DNA of 62,526 nucleotides, the filler included. It is 7 parts of 7 records of this genome, joined end to end, with 100 filler letters (N's around TTAATTAATTAA, not from the genome) between each part and the next. Parts side by side here need not be neighbours in the genome. Positions count along the whole stretch, not along the records: positions 16,120 to 34,604 come from SRR20825010_2842; positions 34,705 to 39,192 come from SRR20825010_2843; positions 39,293 to 52,183 come from SRR20825010_2844; 4 more parts are not named here. One strand, 5' to 3'. Under the pieces are notes generated by a model. It had not been told where the DNA came from. It saw only the letters and a program-made list of their open reading frames with translations, and made no database searches. Both the position numbers and the translations under genes were made by a program. This document shows, one piece after another, positions 29,692 through 40,226 of this stretch; within the stretch, counting starts at the first letter, position 1, and each line of letters begins with the position of its first letter.

Positions 29692-32529
29692 ATGACCGAA
29701 CTGCTGCAACCCATCGAAAGCACCAAAACAACCTGCCCGTATTGTGGCGTGGGTTGTGGTGTTGTTGTGCGCACGCAAGCCGGAAAAATTATTGATGTAA
29801 AAGGCGACGAAACACACCCGGCGAATTTGGGCAAGCTGTGCAGCAAAGGCAGCAAGCTGGCTGAAACATCCACCGTGAATGTGTATGGGCAAGTGCGGGC
29901 AAGCCAGCCCTTGTTGCGCATTCAGCGCGACCAGCAAGTGGCACCCACCGACTGGAACACTGCACTTGATTTCACCGCGCGTGAGTTTGCGCGCTTGATT
30001 TCCACGTATGGCCCCGACAGTGTTGGCTTTTACATCAGCGGCCAGTTGCTGACCGAAGACTATTACGTGTTCAACAAACTCGCCAAGGGTTTGATTGGCA
30101 CCAACAACATCGACACCAATTCACGCCTGTGCATGAGCAGCGCCGTGAGCGGTTACAAGCGCACCTTGGGTGCCGATGCACCACCTTGCAATTACGACGA
30201 TCTGGCCCTGGCCGATTGCGTGTTCATTGCCGGTTCCAACATGGCGTATGCCCACCCGGTTGCCTTTCGCAGGCTTGAAGCCGCACGCGCTGCCAAGCCC
30301 GGTCACAAACTGATTGTTGTAGACCCACGCGCAACCGACACAGCGCTGATGGCTGATTTGCATTTGAAAATTCAGCCCGGCACCGATGTGATGCTGTTCA
30401 ACGCCATGCTGCATGTCATGATGCAAAACGGTTGGCTGGACATGGCCTACATCAACAAACACACCGAGGGTTTCGAAGCCGTGGCCAAAGGCCTGGCCGA
30501 TTACACCCCCAGGCTTGCAGCCAGTGTGTGTGGAGTTCCCGAGGCAGATATTGTATTGGCCGCCACCTGGTTCGCCCAAAGCAACAGGACACTCTCCCTG
30601 TATTGCCAAGGGTTGAACCAGGCCACCACGGGAACCGACAAAAACACATCGTTGATTGCCCTGCATTTGGCCACCGGTCAAATTGGCAAAGAAGGTTCAG
30701 GCCCGTTTTCATTAACCGGCCAACCCAATGCCATGGGTGGAAGGGAAGTGGGCGGATTGTCCACTTTGCTGCCCGCACACCGCGAATTGAACAACCCCGC
30801 ACACGTGGCTGAAGTGGCTGCATTCTGGGGTGTGAAACAAATCAGTGCCACACCGGGTGCCAGTGCCGTTGAAATGTTTGACCAACTGGAGCAGGGCAAA
30901 ATTAAAGCCGTGTGGGTGGCCTGCACCAACCCCGCGCATTCATTGCCCAATTCGCAAAAAGTAGCGCGAGCCCTGCAAAATGCCGAGCTGGTGGTGGTGC
31001 AAGATGCGTATTTGACGCCCGCCACCGTGCAGTACGCCGACGTGTTGTTGCCCGCCACCACTTGGGGTGAAAAGGAAGGCACGGTCACCAACAGCGAAAG
31101 GCGTATCAGCCGCGTGCGCTCTGCCATGCCCGCTTATGCGGATTCAAAAAACGATTGGCAAATTGTGGTGGAGTTTGCAAAACGCCTTGAAGTGGAGTTG
31201 CAAAAGCTTGGCATTGAAAGCCCGCGCCTTGACAACACGGCCAACGCCTTCATGCCCTACAGCAGCACCGAAGAAATTTTCAACGAGCACCGCGAAACCA
31301 CGCGGGGTCGCGATTTGGATATCACCGGTTTAAGCTACGCCACGCTTGAAGCTGAAGGCCCTCAACAGTGGCCCATGCCCGAAGGCGCAACACAGGGCAA
31401 AGCCCGCTTGTACGAGGACGGCGTTTACCCAACAGCCACAGGCAAAGCCAAATTTGTTTTTGCGAATTACGAGCCTGTTGCCGAAGAGGCTGATGCACGC
31501 TTCCCCTGGCGCTTGAACACAGGGCGCCTGCGCGACCAGTGGCACGGAGCAAGCCGCACCGGTACCTTGGCCGAATTTTTCTCGCATGAAGCCGAGCCCG
31601 TAATTGCTTTACACCCGGCCGATTTCAAGCGCCTGAACTTGAAGCCCAACAGCTGGGTGTCGGTCAAATCGCGCCGCGCCACCATCACCCTGCGTGCGAA
31701 AGAAGATGAATCGGTAGCTCGCAACCAGGCCGTGTTGCCCATGCATTGGGGGCCTGAATTTTTTGGTGGCAAGGCGGGCGTGGGTGGTGTGAATGCCCTC
31801 ACCATTGAAGCGTTCGACCCGTATTCCAAGCAACCTGAACTGAAGCATTCAGCCGTGAACATTCAGCGCGTGCATTTGCCCTGGCAAGTGGTGGTGTTTG
31901 TTCACAGTGAACATTGGCTTAGCCTGTGGCAAAAAGCCCGCGCCTTGTATGCAGAATTTGATGCTGCTGTGTGCGTACCTGTTGGTCGTGAACAAACTGG
32001 TGTGTTGTTTCGTGCTGCCAGTGCGCAAGCACCTGCCAAAGAAATTATCGACCGCTTGCAAGCTTTGTTTGAATGCGAGGGCAGCGATGTCATGGTGTAT
32101 TCCGATCCTCAAACCGACATGCGTCGCCGCATCGGTGTGAACGTTGAAACCACGCCACTAGGACAAACTGCCACGTTGAATAAGGTGTTTCTTGCGGGCA
32201 ATATTGAATCTGAAGGCTGGCTGAGAAATTATTTCGATCAGCAACTCGATGTAATGCCCTTGCGCAGCTTTCTGTTGGCCCCAGCCAGCCAGCCGCCGGG
32301 CGTGCAAACCGAAGCGGTGCGCATGGTGTGCAACTGTGTGGGCGTGTCTGAACAATCCATTCAGGCCAGCATTGCAATTGCCTGTGCAAAAAATCCGAAT
32401 GCAAGCGAAAATCAGTTGCTCGGTGATTTGCAAGGTAGCTTGAAATGCGGCACTCAATGTGGTTCGTGTGTACCTGAAATTCGCAAACTCATTCGCGCAC
32501 AGGCCAGCCTTGCTACAATAGCGTCTTAG
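29692..32529 (+). CDS. nasA: Assimilatory nitrate reductase catalytic subunit
   Basis: CPYCGVGC..C Fe-S motif, NSRLCMSS (Mo-ligating Cys), GQPNAMGGRE, and C-terminal BFD domain (VCNC..CGSC). Confidence 0.94.
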   Translation: MTELLQPIESTKTTCPYCGVGCGVVVRTQAGKIIDVKGDETHPANLGKLCSKGSKLAETSTVNVYGQVRASQPLLRIQRDQQVAPTDWNTALDFTAREFARLISTYGPDSVGFYISGQLLTEDYYVFNKLAKGLIGTNNIDTNSRLCMSSAVSGYKRTLGADAPPCNYDDLALADCVFIAGSNMAYAHPVAFRRLEAARAAKPGHKLIVVDPRATDTALMADLHLKIQPGTDVMLFNAMLHVMMQNGWLDMAYINKHTEGFEAVAKGLADYTPRLAASVCGVPEADIVLAATWFAQSNRTLSLYCQGLNQATTGTDKNTSLIALHLATGQIGKEGSGPFSLTGQPNAMGGREVGGLSTLLPAHRELNNPAHVAEVAAFWGVKQISATPGASAVEMFDQLEQGKIKAVWVACTNPAHSLPNSQKVARALQNAELVVVQDAYLTPATVQYADVLLPATTWGEKEGTVTNSERRISRVRSAMPAYADSKNDWQIVVEFAKRLEVELQKLGIESPRLDNTANAFMPYSSTEEIFNEHRETTRGRDLDITGLSYATLEAEGPQQWPMPEGATQGKARLYEDGVYPTATGKAKFVFANYEPVAEEADARFPWRLNTGRLRDQWHGASRTGTLAEFFSHEAEPVIALHPADFKRLNLKPNSWVSVKSRRATITLRAKEDESVARNQAVLPMHWGPEFFGGKAGVGGVNALTIEAFDPYSKQPELKHSAVNIQRVHLPWQVVVFVHSEHWLSLWQKARALYAEFDAAVCVPVGREQTGVLFRAASAQAPAKEIIDRLQALFECEGSDVMVYSDPQTDMRRRIGVNVETTPLGQTATLNKVFLAGNIESEGWLRNYFDQQLDVMPLRSFLLAPASQPPGVQTEAVRMVCNCVGVSEQSIQASIAIACAKNPNASENQLLGDLQGSLKCGTQCGSCVPEIRKLIRAQASLATIAS

Positions 32530-32547
32530 TTGTAACTTAGGCCCAAC

Positions 32548-33543
32548 TTGAGCGCCATGCCCAATACAGTCCACTCTGAAAAATTTTCTTGCGCCCCCTT
32601 CATTAAAGAAATTGGTCGCGGGAAAGACGGCGCACGCGGCCTTCCCCTTGAGCAGGCCAAAGCCCTGTACGCGGCCATTTTGCGTGGTGAAGTGTCCGAT
32701 TTCGAGTTGGGTGCCGTACTGATCGCCCTGCGGGTCAAAGGCGAAACCAATGAAGAGCTGATTGGTTTTTTGCAAGCCATCGCTGAACATTGGCCCGATG
32801 AAAGCCATTCGCCGCACTTCCACACCCTGCAGGCGCTAAATGCGCAATCCAAAGTAGAGGGCAAGCCCGTGGTGGTTATTCCCAGCTACAACGGCGCGCG
32901 GCGCAAACCCAATTTCACGCCACTGTTGGCCGGTTTGCTGGCTCAGCGCGGCTACCCGGTGTTGGTGCATGGGCTGGAAAACGACTTCACCGGCCGTGTG
33001 ACCAGCGCACAGGTGTTTGCACACCTGAACTGGAACGACGTGGAATTGGCCCACACTGCGCCGGTTTACATGCCCATGGCACAAATTTACCCGCGCATTG
33101 AAGCCTTGTTGCAAACCCGCAAAGTGTTGGGGGTGCGCAGTTGCACCCACACCCTGGTGAAATTGATGGTGCCCAGTGCATTCAACAATGCCTTGCTGGT
33201 GACCAGCTACACCCACCCGGAATTCTGGAATTTGCAGCGTGAGGTGCTGTGCGCCACTGGCCACACCGCGCTGGTGCTACGTGGTCATGAAGGCGAACCG
33301 GTGGCCGCCCCTTACCGTAGCCCCCGCATGGACGGGGTGAAGGCAGGCAACACCTGGCGCATTGCTGAACCTGAAAACCTGTTTACCGAGCAGCCTGACC
33401 CCCATCCCGATATTGATGCCGAATCGACAGCACGGCTGATCGAGATGTGGCTAAACAACCCACAGGAAATGCCCCACGGCTTCGCGCGCCAACTCGACGC
33501 CATTGAAGCGGTTCATGACGCGGCAAGCCATGCAGCAATTTGA
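32548..33543 (+). CDS. ybiB: YbiB / TrpD2-family (anthranilate phosphoribosyltransferase-fold) protein
   Basis: IKEIGRGKDGARGL, LRVKGET, IPSYNGAR, HTLVKL, SYTHPE and LRGHEGEP. Confidence 0.85.
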   Translation: MSAMPNTVHSEKFSCAPFIKEIGRGKDGARGLPLEQAKALYAAILRGEVSDFELGAVLIALRVKGETNEELIGFLQAIAEHWPDESHSPHFHTLQALNAQSKVEGKPVVVIPSYNGARRKPNFTPLLAGLLAQRGYPVLVHGLENDFTGRVTSAQVFAHLNWNDVELAHTAPVYMPMAQIYPRIEALLQTRKVLGVRSCTHTLVKLMVPSAFNNALLVTSYTHPEFWNLQREVLCATGHTALVLRGHEGEPVAAPYRSPRMDGVKAGNTWRIAEPENLFTEQPDPHPDIDAESTARLIEMWLNNPQEMPHGFARQLDAIEAVHDAASHAAI

Positions 33544-34604
33544 TGTGCTGGTCATCGGTGCGGGTGCTGCCGGCCTGATGTGCGCAGCCCAGGCCGGGCA
33601 GGGCGGCTTGCGTGTGGCTTTGCTGGATCACAGCGAAAAACTGGCTGAAAAAATTCGGATCAGCGGCGGTGGGCGTTGCAATTTCACCAACGTGAATGTG
33701 TCTGAAGACAACTTTATTTCCGAAAACCCGCGCTTTGCGCGTTCTGCGCTGGGCCGCTACACCCCCGCCAATTTCATCGCACTGGTGAAGCAATACAACA
33801 TTTCTTTTCATGAAAAACACAAAGGCCAGTTGTTTTGCGATCGCAAAAGCGATGACATCATCGACATGCTGGCCGCCGAATGCAATGCAGGCAAAGTAAA
33901 ATGGTTTCGCCCGCACAGCGTGAACGCGGTGGAACATGACGGCAGTCAATTCAAGCTAAGCACCACGGCGGGCCCATTGCAGGCTCGCCATATGGTGGTG
34001 GCCACTGGCGGTTTGCCTGTCCCTAAAATTGGTGCGACCGATTTTGGCCTCAAGCTGGCCAAGCAATTTGGCCATGCGCTGGTTGATCAGCGGCCAGCGC
34101 TGGTACCGCTAACTTTTGATTCGGCGATGTGGGAGCCCTTTGTGGAACTGGCCGGCGTTGCATTGCCGGTGTTAAGCCGTGGCAGCGAGCCCCATGCCCC
34201 CTGGTTTGATGAAGACCTGCTGTTTACCCACCGGGGCTTGAGTGGCCCTGCCGTTTTGCAGGCCTCTACTTACTGGAACCCGGGTAAGCCGATTACCCTG
34301 AATTTGTCGGGCAAGGAAACGGATGCAGTTGCCTGTCAAACTGATTTGCTACAAGCCACATTGGGTGCCAAAACCAATGCAGAAAACTGGTTTGCCGCGC
34401 AGGTGCCGCACTGGCCCAAGCGCTTGGTGCAGGCTTGGCTGAACAAACCGGAATTGCAGGTTCTCGCTGGCCGAAAGGTTGCAGAACTGGGCAAAAAGCA
34501 ACTGGGTCCCCTGGCGCAGGCCTTGGCCGCCTGGCAACTGGTGCCCAGTGGCACTGAGGGGTACAAAAAAGCCGAAGTAATGCGGGGTGGTGTCAGCACT
34601 GCTG
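33530..34604 (+). CDS. BaiN/HI0933 (YhiN) family flavoprotein (3' truncated)
   Basis: IGAGAAG, KIRISGGGRCNFTN, ATGG, LFTHRGLSGP and AEVMRGGV. Confidence 0.9.
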
Positions 34605-34704
34605 NNNNNNNNNNNNNNNNNNNNNNNNNNNNNNNNNNNNNNNNNNNNTTAATTAATTAANNNNNNNNNNNNNNNNNNNNNNNNNNNNNNNNNNNNNNNN
34701 NNNN
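34605..34704. other. Artificial contig spacer
   Basis: N run with central TTAATTAATTAA. Confidence 0.98.
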
Positions 34705-36174
34705 CGGCAATTCATCGACAAAGAAATATTCCTTGGGTCGTTTGAAGCGGGCGATCTGCTCGATGCAGTGGCGGTCCAGCTCTTCGGGCGTCACGGCGCT
34801 TCCCTTGCGAGGAACGACGAAGGCGACGACTTCCTCGCCCCAGTCTTCATGCGGCCGCCCAACGATGGAGACTTCATCGACGCCTGCGTGGGTGAGCAGC
34901 GACTCCTCGATCTCGCGCGGATAGATATTGGTGCCGCCGGAGATAATCATGTCTTTGGAGCGATCTTTAAGGGTGAGGAAGCCTTCCGCGTCGAAGCATC
35001 CCATATCACCCGTATGCAGCCAGCCGCCACGCAGGGTTTCGGCGGTCGCCTCCGGGTTTTTCCAGTATCCGAGCATGACGACGTCGCCGCGCACAACAAT
35101 CTCGCCGATTTCGCCGACGGGAAGTGGATTGTCATCGGCATCGAACACTTTCACCTCGACATCGGTGCGTTCAATCCCGACAGAGGCGAGGATCTCGCTG
35201 CGCCTTGGATGGTTTTCATCGCGGATCTGCGCCATGGAAAGGCCAGTGATGGTCATCGGCGATTCCCCTTGCCCGTAAATCTGGGCAAAGCGGGGACCGA
35301 GCACATCAATGGCGCGGCGGATATCCGCCTCATACATCGGGCCGCCGCCATAGACGATGATTTTTAAATTGCTGGTATCCGCGCCTTCAAACGCCGGGCT
35401 GGAAATCAGCCGGTGAATCATCGTTGGCGCGAAGAAGAAGCAGGAATTGGGGTAGTGCGCAATCAGCTCCAGCGTCTCGGCTGGATCGAAACCGCCACTC
35501 AATGGCGTTACCTGTATGCCTGCCTTGGCGATCAGGGGCAGCCCATACATGCCCGCGCCATGGGTTTGCGGCGCGGCATGGATGACCGCATCGCCCGGAT
35601 CAAGCGCGGTAACATCAGCGAAATAGCTGAGCACAGCGGTCAGCAGGTTGCGATGACTGATCATCGCGCCCTTGGGTTTGCCGGTGGTGCCGGAAGTATA
35701 AAACAACCAGGCGAGATCGTCCGGCGCCGCTTCCTGCAGTTCGAGAGGGGCTTCCGTTTTGAGTGCTTGATAGCTTTCGTCATGGACGGAAATCACGGTT
35801 TCGAGTTCAGGAAGCTCCGGTATGAGAGGCACAAGCTCGTCCGCCAGTTCCGCCGTGGCGAAGACGAGGCGGCTGTCGGAATTTTCCAGAATATAGCGAA
35901 ATTCATTGATATGCAGCTTGGCATTAACCGGAACCGCGACAAGCCCGGCGCGCCAGACGGCAAACAGCGCGATCCAGTATTCCGGATGGTTCTTCATGAT
36001 CAGCGCGACCCGATCTCCGGCTTTCAGGCCGAGCTTGCCCCGGAGCGCTCCGGCGAGCCCCGCCGCCTGATCCGCATAGTCGCGGTAGGTGGCGACGATA
36101 TCCTTGCCATAGGCGAGAGCCGGTAAATCCGGATAGGTCTTTGCGGTCCGCTCCAGCAGATTTGCGATATTCAT
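34705..36174 (-). CDS. Acyl-CoA synthetase / AMP-binding enzyme (3' truncated)
   Basis: YTSGTTGKPKG, YGQGE, HTGD and DRSKDMIISGG; AGGAG Shine-Dalgarno supports ATG 36174. Confidence 0.9.
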
Positions 36175-36196
36175 TGTGGCAGGTCTCCTGAGGGGT

Positions 36197-37492
36197 TCAG
36201 CTGGCCCCTTCTTGTTGTTCGATGGGCTGACGATAAGAGAGATACCAGAGAAGCGCAAGTCCCGGTACGGCCGAGACTGTGGTCAGGATGAAAAACTCGA
36301 TCCAGCCGGTTCGTTCTACCAGCCAGCCGGCGGGGGAGACCAACACCGTGCGCGCCACCGCCATCAGCGAGGTGAGGAGCGCATATTGCGTTGCCGTATA
36401 GGCCGTGTTGCAAAGGCTGGAAAGATAGGCGACGAAGACGGCGGTGCCCATCCCGCTCGCTACATTTTCAAGGCCGATGGTGAGGGCGAGGAAGGCAAGG
36501 TCCGGGCCGATGGCGGCCTGGGCGGCAAACATCAGGTTGGAGAGCATTTGCAGCAGTCCGCAAACCCAGAGCGTACGATACATTGTCGTTGCCGCCAGCA
36601 GCCAGCCCCCGATAAACAGCCCGCCGAATGTGGCGACCGTGCCAAGAAGCTTGGAGATTTCGGCAATCTCGATCAAGGTAAAGCCGGTTTGCAGATAGAA
36701 GGGTGTCGCCATGGCGCCCGCCAGCGCATCCCCGAATTTATAGAGCACCGCGAACAGCAGGATCACCAGCCAGTCCGGCTTTTTCATAAAATCGGCAAAG
36801 GGATCGATGATGGAGGTTTTCAGCCAATCGAGATAAGCATTTGCGGTCGAGGCCGATTCATCCTCCGGCTTTGTCATTTGCGTCTTTGGTTCGCGCGTGA
36901 ACAGAACCGTGACCGTGCCGATCAGGATAAAGGACGCCATGACCATATAACTGATCATCCAGCCGAAATACTGGGCGATGACAAGGCTTGAAAAGCCGGT
37001 GAGCCACATGGCGATGCGATAGCCATAGACATAAGTCGCCGCACCCGCCGCCATGTTTTTCTCGTCGCAGATTTCAATCCTGAAGGCATCGACGATGATA
37101 TCATAGGAAGCAGAGGCGAAGGCCACGGCGAGGGCCGCAATCGTCACATAGAGGAGACTGTCGCGCGGCTCACTGAAGGCAAGAGCGAGAATGGCGGTGA
37201 TCAGGAAGGCCTGCAACAGCAGCAGCCAGCTTCGCCGCCGGCCGACCAGCCTGGAAAGAACGGGAATATGGATATTGTCGATTATCGGCGCCCACAGGAA
37301 TTTCAAGGTATAGGGCAACCCAACAAGGGTAAACAGTCCGATGGCGGTGAGGTCGATATTTTCCTGCGTCAGCCAGGCCTGCAAAATTCCCCCGGTCATA
37401 AGAAGCGGGGCGCCGGAGGAAAAACCGAGCAGGGTAATGCTGACGATGCGCCAATCGCGATAGACGGAAAGGGCCGATAGCCAGCCGGTCAT
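36197..37492 (-). CDS. ampG: AmpG-family muropeptide MFS transporter
   Basis: LGFSSGAP, KFLWAPIID, GRRRSW, SASYDIIVDA and TATQYALL. Confidence 0.9.
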   Translation of the reverse strand: MTGWLSALSVYRDWRIVSITLLGFSSGAPLLMTGGILQAWLTQENIDLTAIGLFTLVGLPYTLKFLWAPIIDNIHIPVLSRLVGRRRSWLLLLQAFLITAILALAFSEPRDSLLYVTIAALAVAFASASYDIIVDAFRIEICDEKNMAAGAATYVYGYRIAMWLTGFSSLVIAQYFGWMISYMVMASFILIGTVTVLFTREPKTQMTKPEDESASTANAYLDWLKTSIIDPFADFMKKPDWLVILLFAVLYKFGDALAGAMATPFYLQTGFTLIEIAEISKLLGTVATFGGLFIGGWLLAATTMYRTLWVCGLLQMLSNLMFAAQAAIGPDLAFLALTIGLENVASGMGTAVFVAYLSSLCNTAYTATQYALLTSLMAVARTVLVSPAGWLVERTGWIEFFILTTVSAVPGLALLWYLSYRQPIEQQEGAS

Positions 37493-37560
37493 GTCATGCT
37501 CGTCTTTAAAGGGTTACTCATACGCGCACTCTACTCAAAAAAGGGGGCTTGCGTCGCCCG

Positions 37561-38022
37561 CTAGTCGTCGCTCCGGATCATTTCCTTGGCTTTTTGCAGA
37601 TCATCCGTTGTGCGGACCAGACGCTCGGCCAGAACGCGCATCATCTCCACCGCCATTTCGGGGAATTCCGTCACCATCCGGAAGAAGACATCCTTGGTGA
37701 TCTTAAGGGTCGTCAGCTCCGTTTTCGCCTTGATCGTCGCGGTGCGGGGGACGTCAATGAGGATGGCAATCTCACCGACGACGTCATTCTTGCCAAGGGT
37801 TGCAACAGTCAGCGGGCCGGACGGGGTTTCGACGATGACATCAGCTTCCCCCGCCATGATGAAATAAGCTGCATCGCCATTGTCACCCTGTTCACACACA
37901 AGATCGTCTGGCTGGAATGTCAACCGTTCCGACGTAAAAGCCAGCAGTTTGATCTTGGACGGCTCAATTTTCGCAAACAGGGGTATCTGCCGGAGGATCT
38001 CAACTTCTTCTTTCAAGCTCAC
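37561..38022 (-). CDS. Stand-alone cyclic nucleotide-binding domain protein
   Basis: EQGDNGD and phosphate-binding cassette GEIAILIDVPRTATI; no HTH. Confidence 0.9.
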   Translation of the reverse strand: MSLKEEVEILRQIPLFAKIEPSKIKLLAFTSERLTFQPDDLVCEQGDNGDAAYFIMAGEADVIVETPSGPLTVATLGKNDVVGEIAILIDVPRTATIKAKTELTTLKITKDVFFRMVTEFPEMAVEMMRVLAERLVRTTDDLQKAKEMIRSDD

Positions 38023-38051
38023 GGATTTTCTCCCTTCTATCTTTAGCGGTT

Positions 38052-39192
38052 CTAGGACGCCGCCAGTAATTCTTTATATGGCGCGCTGTTCTCTTTTAGT
38101 TTTTGCGGGCTTCCTTGTTCCACAATTCGTCCGCCCCGCATGATCAGAACATGATCGAAGTCGGCGGTTTTTTCCGCATGATCAAGGGACCAGATCAGGC
38201 AGCGGCCCTTGAACTCATTGAGGATATTTTTCATCAGGCGCGCCTGTGTCGCAGTATCGAATCCCGACGTCGTCTGGTTGAGGATTAGCACATCCGGGTT
38301 TTTAATGATTGCCCGGGCGATACAGAGTTTCTGCCGCTGGGTTGCGTTTAGGCGGGCACCCGCCGTGCCGACGGTGAAGTTCAGCCCGACGGCGATAATT
38401 GTGCTTCGGAGCGACATTTCCTCGACTACTTCGGCAAGCGCGGCGCCGATTTTCTCGGTAGCCTGGGCAAAGCCGAAGGCAATCTTGCCGAACAGGATAT
38501 TATCCTGAAGATTTGTGGCGGCGTTATAGGCATCCGCATCGAAGAAGGCGACGCTGTCTTTCAGATGCGGCGGCAGTTCCTCGGCAAAGCGATGACGTGC
38601 GGCAACAATTTTTTCTTCGATATCGTCGGTCAGTACGCCAAGGCGGTGACGGGACGGAATGACCTTGAACGGCAGCGACATAAAGCGCAGGCGGTCTTCT
38701 TCGCGCAGATTGTCCAGCCGTTCGGAATCGATCCGGCTGATCATGGCCTGATATTCCGGTAGGTCATCGGAGGAGATGAAGCCATATAGCTGGAAGAATT
38801 CATGGTCCGGCGGCAGATCGGCAAACAGCTCGATCATCAGGGTGGCGACCTGATATCCCATTTTGAGGAAGGTTTCGGTCAGGCCAGCTTCTTCGATAAT
38901 CTTCTGGACATATTCATTCTCCGCCATCCGGTCGAGATCGAACTCTTCACCAACGGGCGTACCGAACAGGAGGTTTTCAGCAACGGAAGCATTGGTGTTG
39001 TAATGGTTCCGTTCGAAGGCTTCGATCATATTCTTGAGGCTGGGGTTGTTCTCGATTTTCTCAAAGACCCGTCGCCGGGCGGCGAGCACCAACTCCGCCG
39101 TTTCAGGCGCTTCCTCGGGGTTGATCGTGCTTCGCAGGCCGAGGCGGTAGACATCTTCGCTGAGATCCACCATCTCCAGAATATCGAGCGCG
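38052..39192 (-). CDS. ABC transporter-like ATP-binding protein with large insertion and degenerate motifs (5' truncated)
   Basis: ENLLFG and DNILFG duplicated; signature LNATQRQKLCIARA; Walker B VLILNQ; C-terminal GRIVEQG. Confidence 0.8.
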
Positions 39193-39292
39193 NNNNNNNN
39201 NNNNNNNNNNNNNNNNNNNNNNNNNNNNNNNNNNNNTTAATTAATTAANNNNNNNNNNNNNNNNNNNNNNNNNNNNNNNNNNNNNNNNNNNN
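39193..39292. other. Artificial contig spacer
   Basis: N run with central TTAATTAATTAA. Confidence 0.98.
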
Positions 39293-39293
39293 G

Positions 39294-39332
39294 GATGAAG
39301 ATCTTGTAAAATCTGTTGATCGATTGCGTTAA
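39294..39332 (+). CDS. 3' end of a DUF4293-family protein
   Basis: Reads DEDLVKSVDRLR*, which I recognise as the conserved C-terminus of Bacteroidota DUF4293; only 13 codons are visible. Confidence 0.6.
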   Translation, partial: DEDLVKSVDRLR

Positions 39333-39361
39333 GCCTAACATCTTAGTAGTATTAGTGCGTG

Positions 39362-39388
39362 AACCCGGGGTAGTGCCCGGGTTTTTTT
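39362..39388 (+). terminator. Intrinsic terminator
   Basis: AACCCGGG-GTAGTG-CCCGGGTT followed by TTTTT. Confidence 0.85.
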
Positions 39389-39512
39389 GTATTGAAACTT
39401 AGGTTAAAAAAGTTGCTTGCAACTAATTTGAAACTGTTGGTTGAGCTAATCCCGCTTTATTTAGAGTGATATTGTATTTTGAGACTCTAGTATCACAGAA
39501 GCCACTTGCGAA

Positions 39513-40010
39513 TCATCCCCTCTTGCCAAGCTCTATAATCTCCAAATCCTTGATATTTTCTTTGTCTATTTTAAACCTCAACATAGTGCGTACTTGATGA
39601 AAACCGTGAATTCCACAAGCTCCGGGGTTCATATGTAATAGGTTTAACTTTTTATCCCACATTACTTTTAGGATATGGGAGTGGCCGGAAATAAAAAGTT
39701 TTGGAGGATTCCTCTTAATCTCCTCCCTGATACGCATATTGTATTTGTTGGGATATCCACCTATATGGGTCATCCAGACGTCTACTTCCTCACATTTAAA
39801 TCGGTTGTCCAAGGGATATTCCAACTGAATTTTATTTTCATCTATATTTCCGTAGACGCCTTTTACCGGCTTTATCTTTTCTAAGGTATCCATGAGTTCC
39901 AAATTACCAATATCCCCCGCATGCCATATTTCATCGGCCTCCCTGGCGTATTTTAGAATTTTCTCGTCCATATGTCCGTGGGTATCGGAAAGAAGGAGTA
40001 TTTTTTTCAT
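39513..40010 (-). CDS. YfcE-like metallophosphoesterase
   Basis: SDTH, HAGD, YGNID, THIG, SGHSH and NPGA. Confidence 0.9.
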   Translation of the reverse strand: MKKILLLSDTHGHMDEKILKYAREADEIWHAGDIGNLELMDTLEKIKPVKGVYGNIDENKIQLEYPLDNRFKCEEVDVWMTHIGGYPNKYNMRIREEIKRNPPKLFISGHSHILKVMWDKKLNLLHMNPGACGIHGFHQVRTMLRFKIDKENIKDLEIIELGKRG

Positions 40011-40193
40011 GCGTTTAATTCTTTTTGATTTCTTGCCTAAAAAGCAATCAAATAATCTGGATAAACCTAAGGGGCCAACAATCGTCCTTTACAGCTGTAA
40101 ACATAAGGTATTTGGATAAATGGACATAGTAATACTTTATGTCAATATTGTATTAAAACATTTCAGCTATCTGTTTTTCTCCATTAGAACAAG

Positions 40194-40201
40194 TATCTTT
40201 G
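40194..40201 (+). promoter_or_regulatory. Bacteroidota -7 promoter element (TATCTTTG) for truA
   Basis: TAnnTTTG match 25 nt upstream of the TTG start. Confidence 0.55.
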
Positions 40202-40226
40202 CCAACTACAAAACTAAATTATTCAT

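Noticed and set aside
37537..37559. Terminator between the cNMP gene and ampG
   Set aside because: Only a 4-bp stem before the T run; possible but not supportable.
39293..39390. Possible structured ncRNA at the start of contig 5
   Set aside because: Better explained as the last codons of a DUF4293-like gene followed by its terminator.
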